Source of the DNA: Octopus sinensis
Taxonomy: Eukaryota
Length of the DNA stretch: 64,000 nt
Assembly: GCF_006345805.1 (NCBI RefSeq)
Contig: NC_043005.1
Span: forward strand, 62,620,001 to 62,684,000
Direction of reading: 5' to 3'
Each line of letters begins with the position of its first letter. Positions within the stretch are counted from its first letter, which is position 1. The translations under genes and the position numbers were made by a program. This document shows positions 1-12,009 of this stretch, piece by piece. Under the pieces are notes generated by a model. It saw only the letters and a program-made list of their open reading frames with translations. It was not told the DNA's origin and made no database searches.

Positions 1-139
1 AAAAAATCCAACAGGACAGGGAGGAGAAATAATTCAAGGATTTGATCATCACAGACTTCAAGACAGAGACATACAATATCAAACTTCTGTAAGAATCATT
101 GAACAAATCTAAATATCCCCAATCTGACGGCATTTAAGG

Positions 140-199
140 ACATGAAAATTTGATATGTATAAGTATAATTATAGAATAATGTATGTGTGTGTACTTATA

Positions 200-251
<52 letters not shown>

Positions 252-830
252 CACACACCTGTGTGTGTATAAACATACATATATATACATACACACATGC
301 ACACACACACACACCACACACACACACACATGCACATGTATGTTAATGTGAGTGAATTATTTTGGAAAGATGTGCAGTGCTAAATATGCAACTGTTAAGA
401 TGATTTCAACACAATGAGTAACCATACCTGAATTAAGAGATAAGTTACACAACATTATAATTTAAGATATGAATATTATAATGACATGCACACATACACC
501 TTTTTGTTCATATACATGTGTGCATACATACATACACATATATATACATATATAAACATTCATATATATATATACATTATATATTAGATATGCACATGCA
601 CAAACACACATATGCATACATGTTATATAGACACACACACTTGCAACAGACACGAATACATATATAAATGCATACACACAGACATGTTTATATAGAAATA
701 TATATAAGGTATGCATGTTTATATATATATGTGTGTGTGTGTGTATGTGTATATACATATATAATATATATACATATATGATATATATATATGGAGATGT
801 GTTTTATGTATGTGTACATTACATTATAAA
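140..830. repeat. Compound (TA)n/(CA)n/(TG)n microsatellite block
   Basis: Long runs of TA, CA and TG dinucleotides; the ORFs here are YIYI/THTH artefacts. Confidence 0.95.
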
Positions 831-1084
831 ATAGTATATATAGATGGAGATATAAATTTTCAAACTCCTACTAAAATGCCCATTATTATTTTTAATACAA
901 ATGTATTTGTAATCAGCACAAAGTAAAATGCCAGAAACCTCATTTTATCAATAATTACAATGCTCAAACTAGATGAATTGGAATTTATATTTCATTTTTT
1001 CCCCCCACAAAATATTCTCAGTGAAAGTTCTATTTTGTTGGAAAACATATTTATTGGCAATAATATCATCTCATTATACAGGAA

Positions 1085-1150
1085 TTAATTGTTCACATTT
1101 CTACATCTGAATATTACCCAGGATGTTAGTCCCTGATGATCATCTCTTAC
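1085..1150 (-). CDS. Possible terminal exon (VRDDHQGLTSWVIFRCRNVNN*) or recursive splice site
   Basis: Minus strand reads catacTTTTTTTaacacAG|GTAAGA; only phase 0 stays open for 21 codons; product not recognised. Confidence 0.15.
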   Translation of the reverse strand, partial: VRDDHQGLTSWVIFRCRNVNN

Positions 1151-2180
1151 CTGTGTTAAAAAAAGTATGAAATTAAGGTCTACTCTAAATCTCTGTAGTA
1201 TGTTCCCAAACAAACACTTTTTATCAAACATTATGAGCCATATTTTGTGGTAGAATAGATAAGCAGGCACATTGATAGGGCTTGAATCATGTACCTATCA
1301 CTTGCTGGGTGACTTTATGATTAGTTATATTACCAAGTGCATGAAATATCAGCCTCCTAAAGTAAAACCATAATTTATAACTGTTATTTTAACTGTAGTA
1401 TTTTATCTCCACCAGCTAACTCATTAGTCACTTAGCACTTGCAGGATAGGTTATTCAAGAAACATGAGAGTGACACATTTTGTTTCTTTGACTGTATTGT
1501 TTTAAATCTTTATGGCAATTAGCCAGTGACTCTGTGGTTGCAGAATTCGTTATTCTAGAAATGTTCAACACAACACTATAATTTGTTTCTGCATCTTTAA
1601 CCAGTTTAATCTTATATCCACAAAATAATTTCTCCCTTGCTTAATGCTAGCAGATAGAGTATTCCAAGTGACTGACAACTTATCTTGCAGAGTTTGAGTA
1701 ATATTACAGTTAAAATAGCATAAACAAATGATAGGTGATGGTATGGCAGTCACTTTACTGAGTTATTGATACTATGATCTCTCAGCAAGAGAGAGTGAGA
1801 GAGAGAGAGACAACTTAGGTCTGAACAGCAGTTCTGTTTTTCTTTTCTGTCTTGTTATAGTTCATTCAATGTTGAATATCATTTTCCATTAAAAATCTTA
1901 GAAGCGAATATATCGTTTCTGTTTCATTATCAATAATATCATATATACATATATGTGTGTGTGTGTAATTTCCAAATCAACTTTTCACTTTGATTGACAC
2001 TGTTCATTCTTTGCAGTTGCAGTGTCTCTATATTGCATTAGGAAAACAGAAAATAATAACCACAGCTTTTATTGTACGTAGTATAATTACAGTTAAATGA
2101 ATAGTTCCATTCATATGTCACAACCAAATTGAAATAGCAAGTCTTTAGTGATGTGACAATGATAATGATAATTTTAAATA

Positions 2181-2382
2181 TAGGCATAAAGGGATTAAAT
2201 TTCGTGACAGGTGTTAATCAGTTATGCTCACATCAGCACCAGACTGATACTTTATAAATAGCAGAAGGATGAATGATAAAGTTGATTTTAGTAAGATTTT
2301 GAATGCTGAATGTTTAGAGCCACAACAATTACTGCAAGGTATGTGGTCCTATTCTCTAACAATTCTGCCATTCCACCACCTA
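2181..2382 (-). mobile_element. tRNA-derived SINE, family B (GGTGAGCTGGCAGAATC head), decayed
   Basis: Similar to the copies at 27420-27880, 31610-31985 and 58660-58830. Confidence 0.6.
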
Positions 2383-2388
2383 CACGGC

Positions 2389-2446
2389 AATAATAATAAT
2401 TATAATAATAATGATGGTAATATTTTATAAAGATTAAAGGAACTTT

Positions 2447-2502
<56 letters not shown>

Positions 2503-2515
2503 TAATAATAATAAT
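2389..2515. repeat. (AAT)n microsatellite
   Basis: Seen directly in the sequence. Confidence 0.95.
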
Positions 2516-2850
2516 GAAATTATCCAAATGTAAAAATCTGGAAGTACAGAATGTGGGGACTGAAAATATGAACAATCTCAATAATAGTAACATCCCTAAG
2601 AATGTTTAAAAAAGATGTAGACAAACAAATAAACAAAATCTTAGAACTTACATATAAAGAAAATATACTGAAAACAGCACCACTAAACAATGCACAAATA
2701 TTACACACAACACTTTCCATACAAAAACCAAAACAAAATATTGCATGTGCTCAAGGCACACAGAATTGCAGTGGGTTGTGCAGTTTAAGCACACAATAAG
2801 AATAAGATTAAGGAAAAATAAGTTTGGCCCTTCAATTAGAAACTGAATCA
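2514..2850 (+). mobile_element. R4/Dong-like (RLE) non-LTR retrotransposon, 3' fragment
   Basis: Translates across frameshifts as KLSKCKNLE..IIVTSLRMFKK..NAQILHTTLS; resembles the C-terminus of the 61055-61862 copy (KLSKYKD..VIVGTLGMIKK..TSHILRK). Confidence 0.6.
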
Positions 2851-3054
2851 TTTAAGCATTGTAATATTTAAAACGCAAGGATATTCTTTACTCATATAAC
2901 TATCTCTCTATTTACACACAAATGCATGCACACACACACACACACACACAAACTGATATATATTAACATGTGTATGTATGTATGCACACACAGAGACAGG
3001 TTTAAAATATGAGTTAGAAGTTTCATGCTTCAGATAAAACAATATTTGCATAAT

Positions 3055-4495
3055 GTGCTGTATATTTTCTAACATATCTTTCAGGTTCAAAATACAAACT
3101 TGGCTGCACTCTCAGAAAAAGCAAGAAAGAACAAGTGGGAAAGAAAATGAAAAATAGAAGCAACAAAAAAAATTATGGAAGATCTGTCTCCCCTTTGCCC
3201 TTTAGAATGGGAATTAACAATGGTTAAGGTAGTTAATTTGATGAGGAAAAGGTTAAATTTTGTGAGACTGCATGCTTAATTCAGAAAGGATGGTGTTTTC
3301 CAGTTTGACAATGAAAACTTATCTAGATGCTTGCATTTAATGAAATTTTCAGATCTAGAATTCAGATGGTTGGATTAAAAAAATATATGAGTTCTTTCAG
3401 CTATACAAAGCCTGAACCTTCTTGACCTGTTATTATTCTACAATGATCCACTTGATGGTGAGTGGAGTATTTTGAGTATTTAGATCCAAGATATTACTAG
3501 CTAATTTAGTGGTTTCCTTTTTATCTGAGTTGCTATATGTTGGAAAAAGACTCATGGTTGGCATATCATTTTTTAAAGTCACTTTCTCATAAACCAATAT
3601 CCTTTTACTTTTAAGATTTATTATTTTGAAGAATGGAAGTCACCTCTGCCTTGTAGACAACTGAGCTAATGATCCATACCTAGTCGAGTGAGCAAGTGTC
3701 TAACTCTCTACTATTACATTTTTGAGGAGGTACTTTACGTGCTTTGTATGTAATAATATTTTTCATATCAGAGTAGCAGTTGTAAGAAACTTTCACTGTG
3801 TATTTGTCAAAAAGTTTCTTATACCTATGGCTATCGAGAAAACACTTGTCTATCAAGGAATTATCTAGCAATGTTTATCTCAACATTCAAAGAGAAAAGG
3901 GGAAAACTTATAATCTTCCTAGGTCCATTTTTAGGCTTCATAATTTTTATGATAGGTATGTATCCTATCTTCTTCTTCAAGTCAGTGTTAGCCTGAGCAT
4001 TATTTTTGTCAGGGGTGTCTTATTGAATATTTCTTAAGAGGAGATGACATTTGATATCCTATTACTGATATTAACTATAAGGGGTGGAAAGTCTGTTTAT
4101 TCAGCTGATGCAAGGACTTGTAAGCACATAAGTTTAGGTTTTGGGAAGCAAATAAGAAAGTGACTTTAGGGAGGTTAGTGGCTGCTGTGATTTTGAGGCC
4201 TCATTAATTGAGAGCAGGTATGAGATTTTTCCAAACTTTATCAAGTGTATGTCTGTCATAATCATGAGATATGCCTAATCCATTGTCACAGTATAGATCA
4301 ATGTTGTGGGAAGTGAATATAGCTTTTAGTATATCTAATATAAAGAGTTAGCATCTCCACTACATATAAGAAAGCTAATAAAGTCAGATGTAAATACATT
4401 ATTGATGAAGTTCAATTCCTTGCAAAACAAAATAAAATTGATGATAGAATGCTTGGTTAACTGGCTTCAAAGAGAAGATAACTAATTCCCTTATC
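3055..4495 (-). mobile_element. Penelope-like element (Neptune-like), 5'-truncated: RT C-terminal part, linker, GIY-YIG remnant and 3' end
   Basis: Decayed minus-strand frames give LYCDNGLGIS (degenerate YRDDG), KNGPRKII and KKLFDKYTVKVSYNC..KCNSRELDTCSLD (ORF 3680-3871). Confidence 0.8.
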
Positions 4496-4499
4496 ATAA

Positions 4500-5345
4500 A
4501 ATGTATGAAGCTTAAAAACAGACCTAAGAAGATTATATGATTTGACCAGCCCCTGCCCACTTTCTCTTGAAATGTTAAGACAAATGTAGGTAGAATATTC
4601 CTTACATTATTAGATAAGTATTTCTTGGATAGCTACAGGAAAATTATTAATGGGTATACAGTGAAAGTTTCATACAGCTGCTGCCCAACAAGAAAAATAT
4701 TATAACACCCAAGTCATATCAGATGTCTACTCGAAAATGTAGCTGTAGAGACCTAAATACTTGCCCACTTGATCATATATGGATGGGTAGTTCAGTGGTT
4801 TATGAAGCAGAGATCACCTCAGTCCTACAAAATAGTAAAACTCAAAACAAAAAGTGCATGTGGTCAATGCAAAAGTGATTTAAAAAAAGATATGCCAAAC
4901 ACCAGTCTTCTCTCCAGCATATATGCCAAATGGTGCATCACAAAATGATCCACACCATATCTTAATGGATGAAGGAGGTGCAGCCCTTGTATTGCTGAAA
5001 GGATATATATTTTAAATCTTAGAAGTTCATCTAGCTATTGAACTCTAGATTTGAGACTTTCACTAAATGCAAGCATCTGGATAAGTTTCTATTACTGAAC
5101 TGTAAACAACTGCTTCTCTGGATTAAGAATGCAGTATCAGAAATTTGAATCCATTAAATTAGCTATTCCAACCATTGTTAATTCTCATTCTTAGCAGTCA
5201 AAGGAACAACTAGTTTCTCCCTTTCTTTTATGATGTATTTTTCTTGTTGCCATTTTTCATTCATTTTTCTCTTTTGTTTTTCTGCGCTTTTTCTCAGAGA
5301 GTGGTCATATTTATATGTTAAACCTGAATGATTGCATGAAAATAT
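4500..5345 (+). mobile_element. Inverted partial copy of the same PLE (linker, GIY-YIG and 3' end)
   Basis: KNRPKKII..NVKTNVGRIFLTLLDKYF..YTVKVSYSCC..KCSCRDLNTCPLD..VVYEAEI..KKRYAKHQ; reverse complement aligns with 3055-3940. Confidence 0.8.
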
Positions 5346-5478
5346 ACAGCTATTCACCTATTGTATTATTCAAGGCATGAAATTCAGTGTATATTAAATT
5401 AATATTTATCTCTCATCGGATGGAGTACTGTCTTTGACGATACTACCAATAATAGAACAGTATATTTTCTGATATGAT

Positions 5479-5525
<47 letters not shown>

Positions 5526-5532
5526 TATATAT

Positions 5533-6362
5533 ATGCGATGCATTCTAGAAGTTTTAAGACTCTTAAGAGAGGCAGTTATAACTGTCCAAAATTATTGAGA
5601 TTTTAGTATCTCATTACTATCTATATAATAAGCTGACATGCCAAATTTTGTTATTCTAGATTGAAGCACATTGAGTGTGTTCAAAGTGCTGTAAAGCACT
5701 TTGAACACACTCAGTGAAACACTGCTTGTCATAGCTGACTAGCTTGCAGAGTACAGTTAGAGTGCAATCAAGACAGAAGTTTGCTGTGCAATAAATTTTT
5801 GTGTTACATTGGGCAAAAATGCTACAGAAACTCATGAAATGCTCTAGATTACTTATGGATTAATTTGTATAAGTCAAGCATGTGTTTCTTGTTAGCACAA
5901 GAGGCCAGGCAAAAAACCTTTTGCTGGGAAGCCCATGATGATTCCATTTTTTTTTTATAGTGATGGTATCATCTACATCCATTAGGTTCCTTTAGGCCAA
6001 ACAGTCAAAGAGCACTTTGCGGAATTGTTAAGAGGATTTAGGAGGAGATTTAGTCCCAAAAGGTCAGAGCACCTGAACAAGGACAATGTACTAGTCCACA
6101 ATTCCATCCTGGTAACCAAGGACTTAATAGAGACGAGCATCCAAACTGTCTCACACTCTCCCCACTGCCAGACCATGCTTCCTATGATGGAATAAAATGC
6201 AGGAAGCTCTGACACGGGTCTTTGAAACCTTCTCTTTGGAGGACTTCTATGGGGCCTTAAGGAAGTGGCTGGAGCACTACAATAAATGCATTGAAATCAG
6301 ATCCTACATTGAAGGAGATGTCTCTCCAGAAAAATTCTCAAAACTTCTGGAATGTATGTGTG
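5533..6362 (+). mobile_element. Internally deleted mariner transposon
   Basis: TIRs GCATTCTAGAAGTTTTAAGACT and rc ACATTCCAGAAGTTTTGAGAAT; decayed transposase FAVKFCVTLGKNATETHEML..QDN..YNKCIE..YIEGD. Confidence 0.85.
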
Positions 6363-6541
6363 AATGAGCTTGTGTGTGATGATGATGATGATATATATAT
6401 ATATATATGCATCTCATCATCATCATCATCATCTTTTAACTATTGTTTTCCATTCTGGCATATATATACACATACACACACACACACATATATATATATT
6501 ATTGAAGCTGAAGCTGAAATTTTATCATGCAATTTGAGTTT

Positions 6542-6766
6542 TATGAGAGTGTGCTGAAAAGTTCCTGGCTTAGGGCAAAAGAAAATACAGGAGTATCAGT
6601 TAATTATAATTTTATTCAACATATTCCCCTTTCATATTCACACACTTATTGCAGTGGTCCTTCAGTTTTTCTAAGCCCTGTAAAAGAACTCATATGCCCC
6701 ATTAGGCCTCCAACCAGGCCTTTCACAATACTCTTAAAGCCAGGTACTTTTCAGTACCTCCTCGTA
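6542..6766. mobile_element. Mariner-type MITE (225 bp)
   Basis: TIRs TATGAGAGTGTGCTGAAAAGTTCCTGGC and GCCAGGTACTTTTCAGTACCTCCTCGTA with TA ends. Confidence 0.8.
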
Positions 6767-7494
6767 CATGGTCTCTGTTTGAAGATTGCACTCAAATTGC
6801 AAGACAAGCTCTTAGCTTTAGTTTTAGTAAAAAAAACACACTCTCTACAACATGCACTGAGAACTCCTTTCTCATTTGTTTGACGGTCTTCCTCGAGGTA
6901 TTTTCCCTGAATTATCGAAAGCTGAATCTCCATTAATTTAAGCTAATATTCTATTAATTGAGCAATGCTTAATCAAGATTAATTAAGTAAATGAATGAGA
7001 AACACTGGAATGTATTAACCCTGTTACTTCTTAATGTATTAGACAATGTATTAACACACTAAATGGATCTTTTAATAACATTTGCAACTTTTGATAGGGT
7101 CAATCTGTTAGTATACCAGCATGTTTTGCAAGTACCAGTATTTATGAGTGAGGTTGGTAAGTTTAATGAGAAATGCCTTTTAACTATTCTTTAAATTGCA
7201 ACATCATTCTGTTATCCATTTCTGTGCTTGACACATTATATTCCCACCCACTTTACATTTCTTGAATTTTGTTAATTCTGATTAGAAATTTCATATTTTG
7301 ATGATCTGTTGATTAATCAACATGTCACTGCTCACTTAGTTATTTGGTAAGCCTAAGGATTAGAGAGCTATGTAGCATATTATGTAATATGATGAATGTT
7401 GTGCATACTGCATACCAAACTATACCATATTTATGTCACAACAAAGAGTCTGAACAAAGCAACTGTAGCAGTTCTAGATTATACATTCATCTAT

Positions 7495-7498
7495 TTTT

Positions 7499-7533
<35 letters not shown>

Positions 7534-7892
7534 ACATACATATATATGTATATATACACATACATATATATGCATATATATACATATATGTACATACATA
7601 TATATACAAATACATATATATACATATACATACATATATTTACATATACATTCGTCGTTTCGTTCCACCTCTTGGTTCCTGTTATTTTTATATTATTATT
7701 ATATATATACATACATATACATATATATATACATACATACATATATATATATACAAATACATATACATATAATATATATATAAATAAATATATATATATA
7801 TATATACATATGTATATACATATATATATATACATATATACACATACACACTTGTATATCTATCTACTTCTCCCTCTCTCTCTATATATATG

Positions 7893-7924
<32 letters not shown>

Positions 7925-7925
7925 G
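7495..7925. repeat. (TA/TACA)n microsatellite with a short unique island
   Basis: Seen directly in the sequence. Confidence 0.9.
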
Positions 7926-8013
7926 CATTATAGTTAGATGAGAATCACATATTCTCTGTAGAGAACACACTTAGTAGTGCTCAAGAGATTTAAACTTGAG
8001 CGGATATAGGTGC

Positions 8014-8614
8014 AAATGTAGAGACAAGCTAATTAGACAGATCAATATATAAAGTATAATAAATACGTGAATTACAAAAAATGTATTTTTGCTTACATAT
8101 AAAAGGTCTGCCTTACACAGAATACAAATCATTTAGAGAATCAAAGGAGTTGAAGAAAAGTATTACAAAACCACCAGTTGTTTTTAGGGGCTCAATGGTC
8201 TAAAATAATATTTGTAGATCGATTCCATCATGAGATGAGACAAGCCTCTGTCTTCAAGGAAGAGATCTTACATTTCAGGTGTTAAATGGGACAAGTTCAA
8301 AGATAGAACTTCTTTCCTTTAATATTTTTGAACTTCTCTCCTTTAACACCTCAAATGTAAGATATCTTCCCAGATGATGGAAGCTCTTCACATCCTGTGA
8401 TGGAATCAATCTACAACTATTATTTTAGACCACCAAACCCCAAGAAATAGTTGTTGGATTTGCAATACTTTTCTTCAACCCCTTAATTCTCTGTATCATT
8501 TGTATCCTCTGTAAGTCAGAGCATTTTGTATGTAAATATATATACATTGTTTGTATTTCATGTATTCAATATTCTTTATAAATTGATCTGTCTAACTTTC
8601 TTATCCCTACATTT
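8014..8614. repeat. Fold-back element: about 290-bp inverted arms, 17-bp spacer
   Basis: 8014-8305 aligns with the reverse complement of 8323-8614, e.g. ATCTTACATTTCAGGTGTTAAA vs ATCTTACATTTGAGGTGTTAAA; roughly 75-80% identity. Confidence 0.9.
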
Positions 8615-8858
8615 ACTTATATATATATATATATACACACATGTATATTATAAATATATATTTTTGATAATGAAATGAATGGTTTCATTTACCATATATA
8701 TATATACATACATGTGTACATATACATACATTATATATATCTACACAATATATGTTTATATATATATATACACATACATATAAATTTGTATATATATATT
8801 GTATATTTATATACGTATCTATTGTATATATCTATCTATTTATCTATCTATCTATCAA

Positions 8859-8894
<36 letters not shown>

Positions 8895-8910
8895 CATAAT
8901 ATTATATAAA

Positions 8911-10267
8911 CATGCATATATGGGTACAGAACCTAAAAAAAAAAAAAACCTTGAACATAATGAGAAACGAAAACATAAAAACAAAAACATAGAAAACAAC
9001 CTTTTTTCGAACAACAAAAAACAAAGAGAAATGAGATATGCAACGTAAAGAATATTCCCCTTCATCAGCTGTCCCTGTTTCATCTACTCCAAATTTCGAA
9101 GGTAAGGACAATATGCGACTTCGTTGAAACAGTCCTTCCTGGAAAGCAAATTAAATAAAATTTGGGATGTTTTGCGGAGGGTGAAAGTGGTAACAAGAAC
9201 AGGACAGTGAGAACAAGACAGTAAAAACAAACGGTGAGGGCTGTTCAGCTAAGACAATAGAAAAATTATTATGAACGCTAGGAGGATGAGCTATGAGAGG
9301 AGATGTGTATAAGCACATCTTGTCTTTAGGAAGGAAATGGACAGAGAGATAGATTCCCTTTCATCACGTGTCAGTGACAAGAGAGTCAAGGAGGAAGAGT
9401 GAGAGAGAGGGAACGGTGAAGAGAAGAGAAGAATAGGGAAGGGTGGGAGAGAAAACCAGAAAGGATGAAGAACAAGAGAGGGAGAGAGATGGACAGAGAA
9501 GAGATAGAAAAGTGCGCATTGTAATTATTAAGATAATATTAATATATATTTATATATCATTAAGATAAATATTAATATATATTTATATATTATTTATATT
9601 GTTATATGATCGAATGCCAAGCATCCTTTCCAAGCAAGTTTTATCTTAATAATTACAATGCGCACTTTTCTATCTCTTCTCTGTCCATTTCTCTCCCTCT
9701 CTTGTTCTTTATCTTTTCTGGTTTTCTCTCCCACCCTTCCCTATTCTTTTCCTCTCCTCTTCACCATTCCCTCTCTCTCACTCTTCCTCCTTGACTCTCT
9801 CGTCGCTGACACGTGACAAAAGGGAATCTATCTTTCTGTCCATTTCCTTCCTAAAGACAAGATGTGCTTATACCTGTCTCTTCTCATAGCTCGTCCTCCT
9901 AGTGTTCATAATAATTTTTCTATCGTCTTTGCTTAACAGCCCGCACCGTTTGTTTTTACTGTCTTGTTCTCACTGTTCTGTTTTTGTTACCACTTTCACC
10001 CTCTGCAAAAAGTCCCAAATTTTATTCAATTTGCTTTGCGGGAAGGACTGTTTCAACGAAGTTGCATATTGTCCTTACCTTCGAAATGTGGAGTAGATGA
10101 AACAGGGACAAGTGATTAAGGTAAATATTCTTCATGTTGCATGTCTCGCTTCTCTGTTTGTTTTTTTCGTTCTTCGAAAAAATGTTCATTTTCTAATGTT
10201 TTGTTTTTATGTTTTTGTTTCTCATTGTGTTAATGTTTTTTTGATGTCCTGTACCCATATAGGCATG
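8911..10267. repeat. Large fold-back element: about 626-bp inverted arms, 104-bp spacer
   Basis: 8911-9536 aligns with the reverse complement of 9641-10267; 11 mismatches in the 120-bp segment counted (about 90%). Confidence 0.97.
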
Positions 10268-10269
10268 AC

Positions 10270-10446
10270 TATATACATATATATGTAGTTATGTACATAT
10301 ATGTATGTATATAGGCATATATTTATATATTATTTATATTATATACAATACATATACATGTATACATATATAGATATACATACATTATATACATATATAT
10401 ACATTATATATATATGTATATATACATATATATATATACATACACA

Positions 10447-10490
<44 letters not shown>

Positions 10491-10671
10491 GTATATACAT
10501 GTATATATTTATATATACAATATATGCATGTATATATTATATATACAATATATACATGTATATATTTATATATACAATATATGCTTATATAATATATGTA
10601 TAGATATGTGTGTGTATATATATATATATACACATATTGTATATATATATATATGTATATATACACATACA

Positions 10672-10713
<42 letters not shown>

Positions 10714-10773
10714 TCATATATATATATATGTATATATATATATAAATATGCATATACATACATCCACCCACTC

Positions 10774-10844
<71 letters not shown>

Positions 10845-10872
10845 AGACAGACAGACAGATAGATAGATAGAT
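10270..10872. repeat. (TA)n/(CA)n/(GA)n/(GATA)n microsatellite block
   Basis: Seen directly in the sequence. Confidence 0.95.
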
Positions 10873-10898
10873 TGTTTGAAGTATGAGTTCAGGTTTTA

Positions 10899-12009
10899 TA
10901 TATTAAGAGAAAGTAGAATTTGAGATAATTATTTATTTCATGCTTTCATTTCATTTCATTTCAGAGATTCACCAGGAATGACTTTTGTACAGAAAATATA
11001 TGGGAGTTAGTTGAAAAAATCTGAAGTTGAATTGGGTAGAGAATGTTCTTTGTTGTTTTGAGTCTATATGAATGTGTGTGCCTATATCTGCATGTATGTG
11101 TGTGCGTAAGTATGTGATTGTGGTGAAATTTTGGAGGCTGGGTTAGAGCAGAAAAAAGAAGAAAGTCAGTAAGATAAGAAGAAAATGAAGGACAGAGAAA
11201 GAGAAAAAAGAGAGAGAGAGAGAAAGGGAGCTTTTTTGAAATTGTATTGAATTCTTTGGTCAGTTGACATGCTACCCATTTTTGGGATGGTTGAAATTGA
11301 TGACAATTCAAGTGGTCAATTTTCTTTCAGTCATCATATTGTTTTTGCCAGTTGTCATGTAGAAAATAGACTCTTCTACATGACAAAGAGTAGAAGAGTG
11401 TACTCTTTATCATGCAGAAAATAGACTCTTTCAAAGTTGTTTCAGAAAGTTATTAAGTGTGAATGTGTGTGCATGTGCATGTGTGTGTGTGTGAGAGAGA
11501 GAGAGAATGTGTGCATGTAAGAGAGAGAGAGCATTTTTGTGTGTGAGAGAGAGAGTGTGTGTGTGTTTGTGTGTGTGTGTGTATTGTGTGTTGGCTGCTT
11601 AAGTGAATTTTTTTTCCGTTATTTTAGTAACAGTAATGAGAACATTTAATAAAGATTTCTGATGTGTTCATAAATTTATATCTTTTTCATTTGCATAAGT
11701 ATAATTTTTGGTAAGCATGTTTTGATAAAATATTCCATTCTCTTCCAGTTCTTTGGATCATCTCTTGGGTGTTTTTACAGGGGTAAGATCTTGAATATGC
11801 CATTCCCACATATTCTAGATGCATACTTGATGGAACCTTACATAATTCTTTTTGTTTTATGTATTGTTTGTAGATTCTTACAGGTTGGCAAAGGAAATTA
11901 TTGGTTTCGCCAATACAATTTTCTTTGCAGTTGTGACAGTTTATGCAGCATATGAGATTCTGTGTCATATCTGCATTTATTTTGAAGGAAAATCCACTTT
12001 TAAATTTAT
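10899..12009 (-). mobile_element. PLE GIY-YIG and 3' end, inverted copy (left arm)
   Basis: ORF 11687-11968: TQNLICCINCHNCKENCIGETNNFLCQPVRIYKQYIKQKELCKVP, a GIY-YIG endonuclease pattern. Confidence 0.85.

Noticed and set aside
134-830. ORFs rich in YI/TH/CV here and at 7344-7941, 10301-10866, 16835-17078, 44030-44402 and 47621-48012
   Set aside because: They are translations of TA, CA and GATA microsatellites, not genes
3085-3229. Apparent plus-strand exon (tttcAG...AAG|GTAG)
   Set aside because: All frames hit stops, and the segment is the PLE 3' arm mirrored at 5140-5345
9000-9075. Possible hammerhead in the large palindrome (CTGATGAAG...CGAAA on the minus strand)
   Set aside because: Helix II and helix I need several mismatches or bulges, and the mate arm has GTGATTA; too degenerate to call
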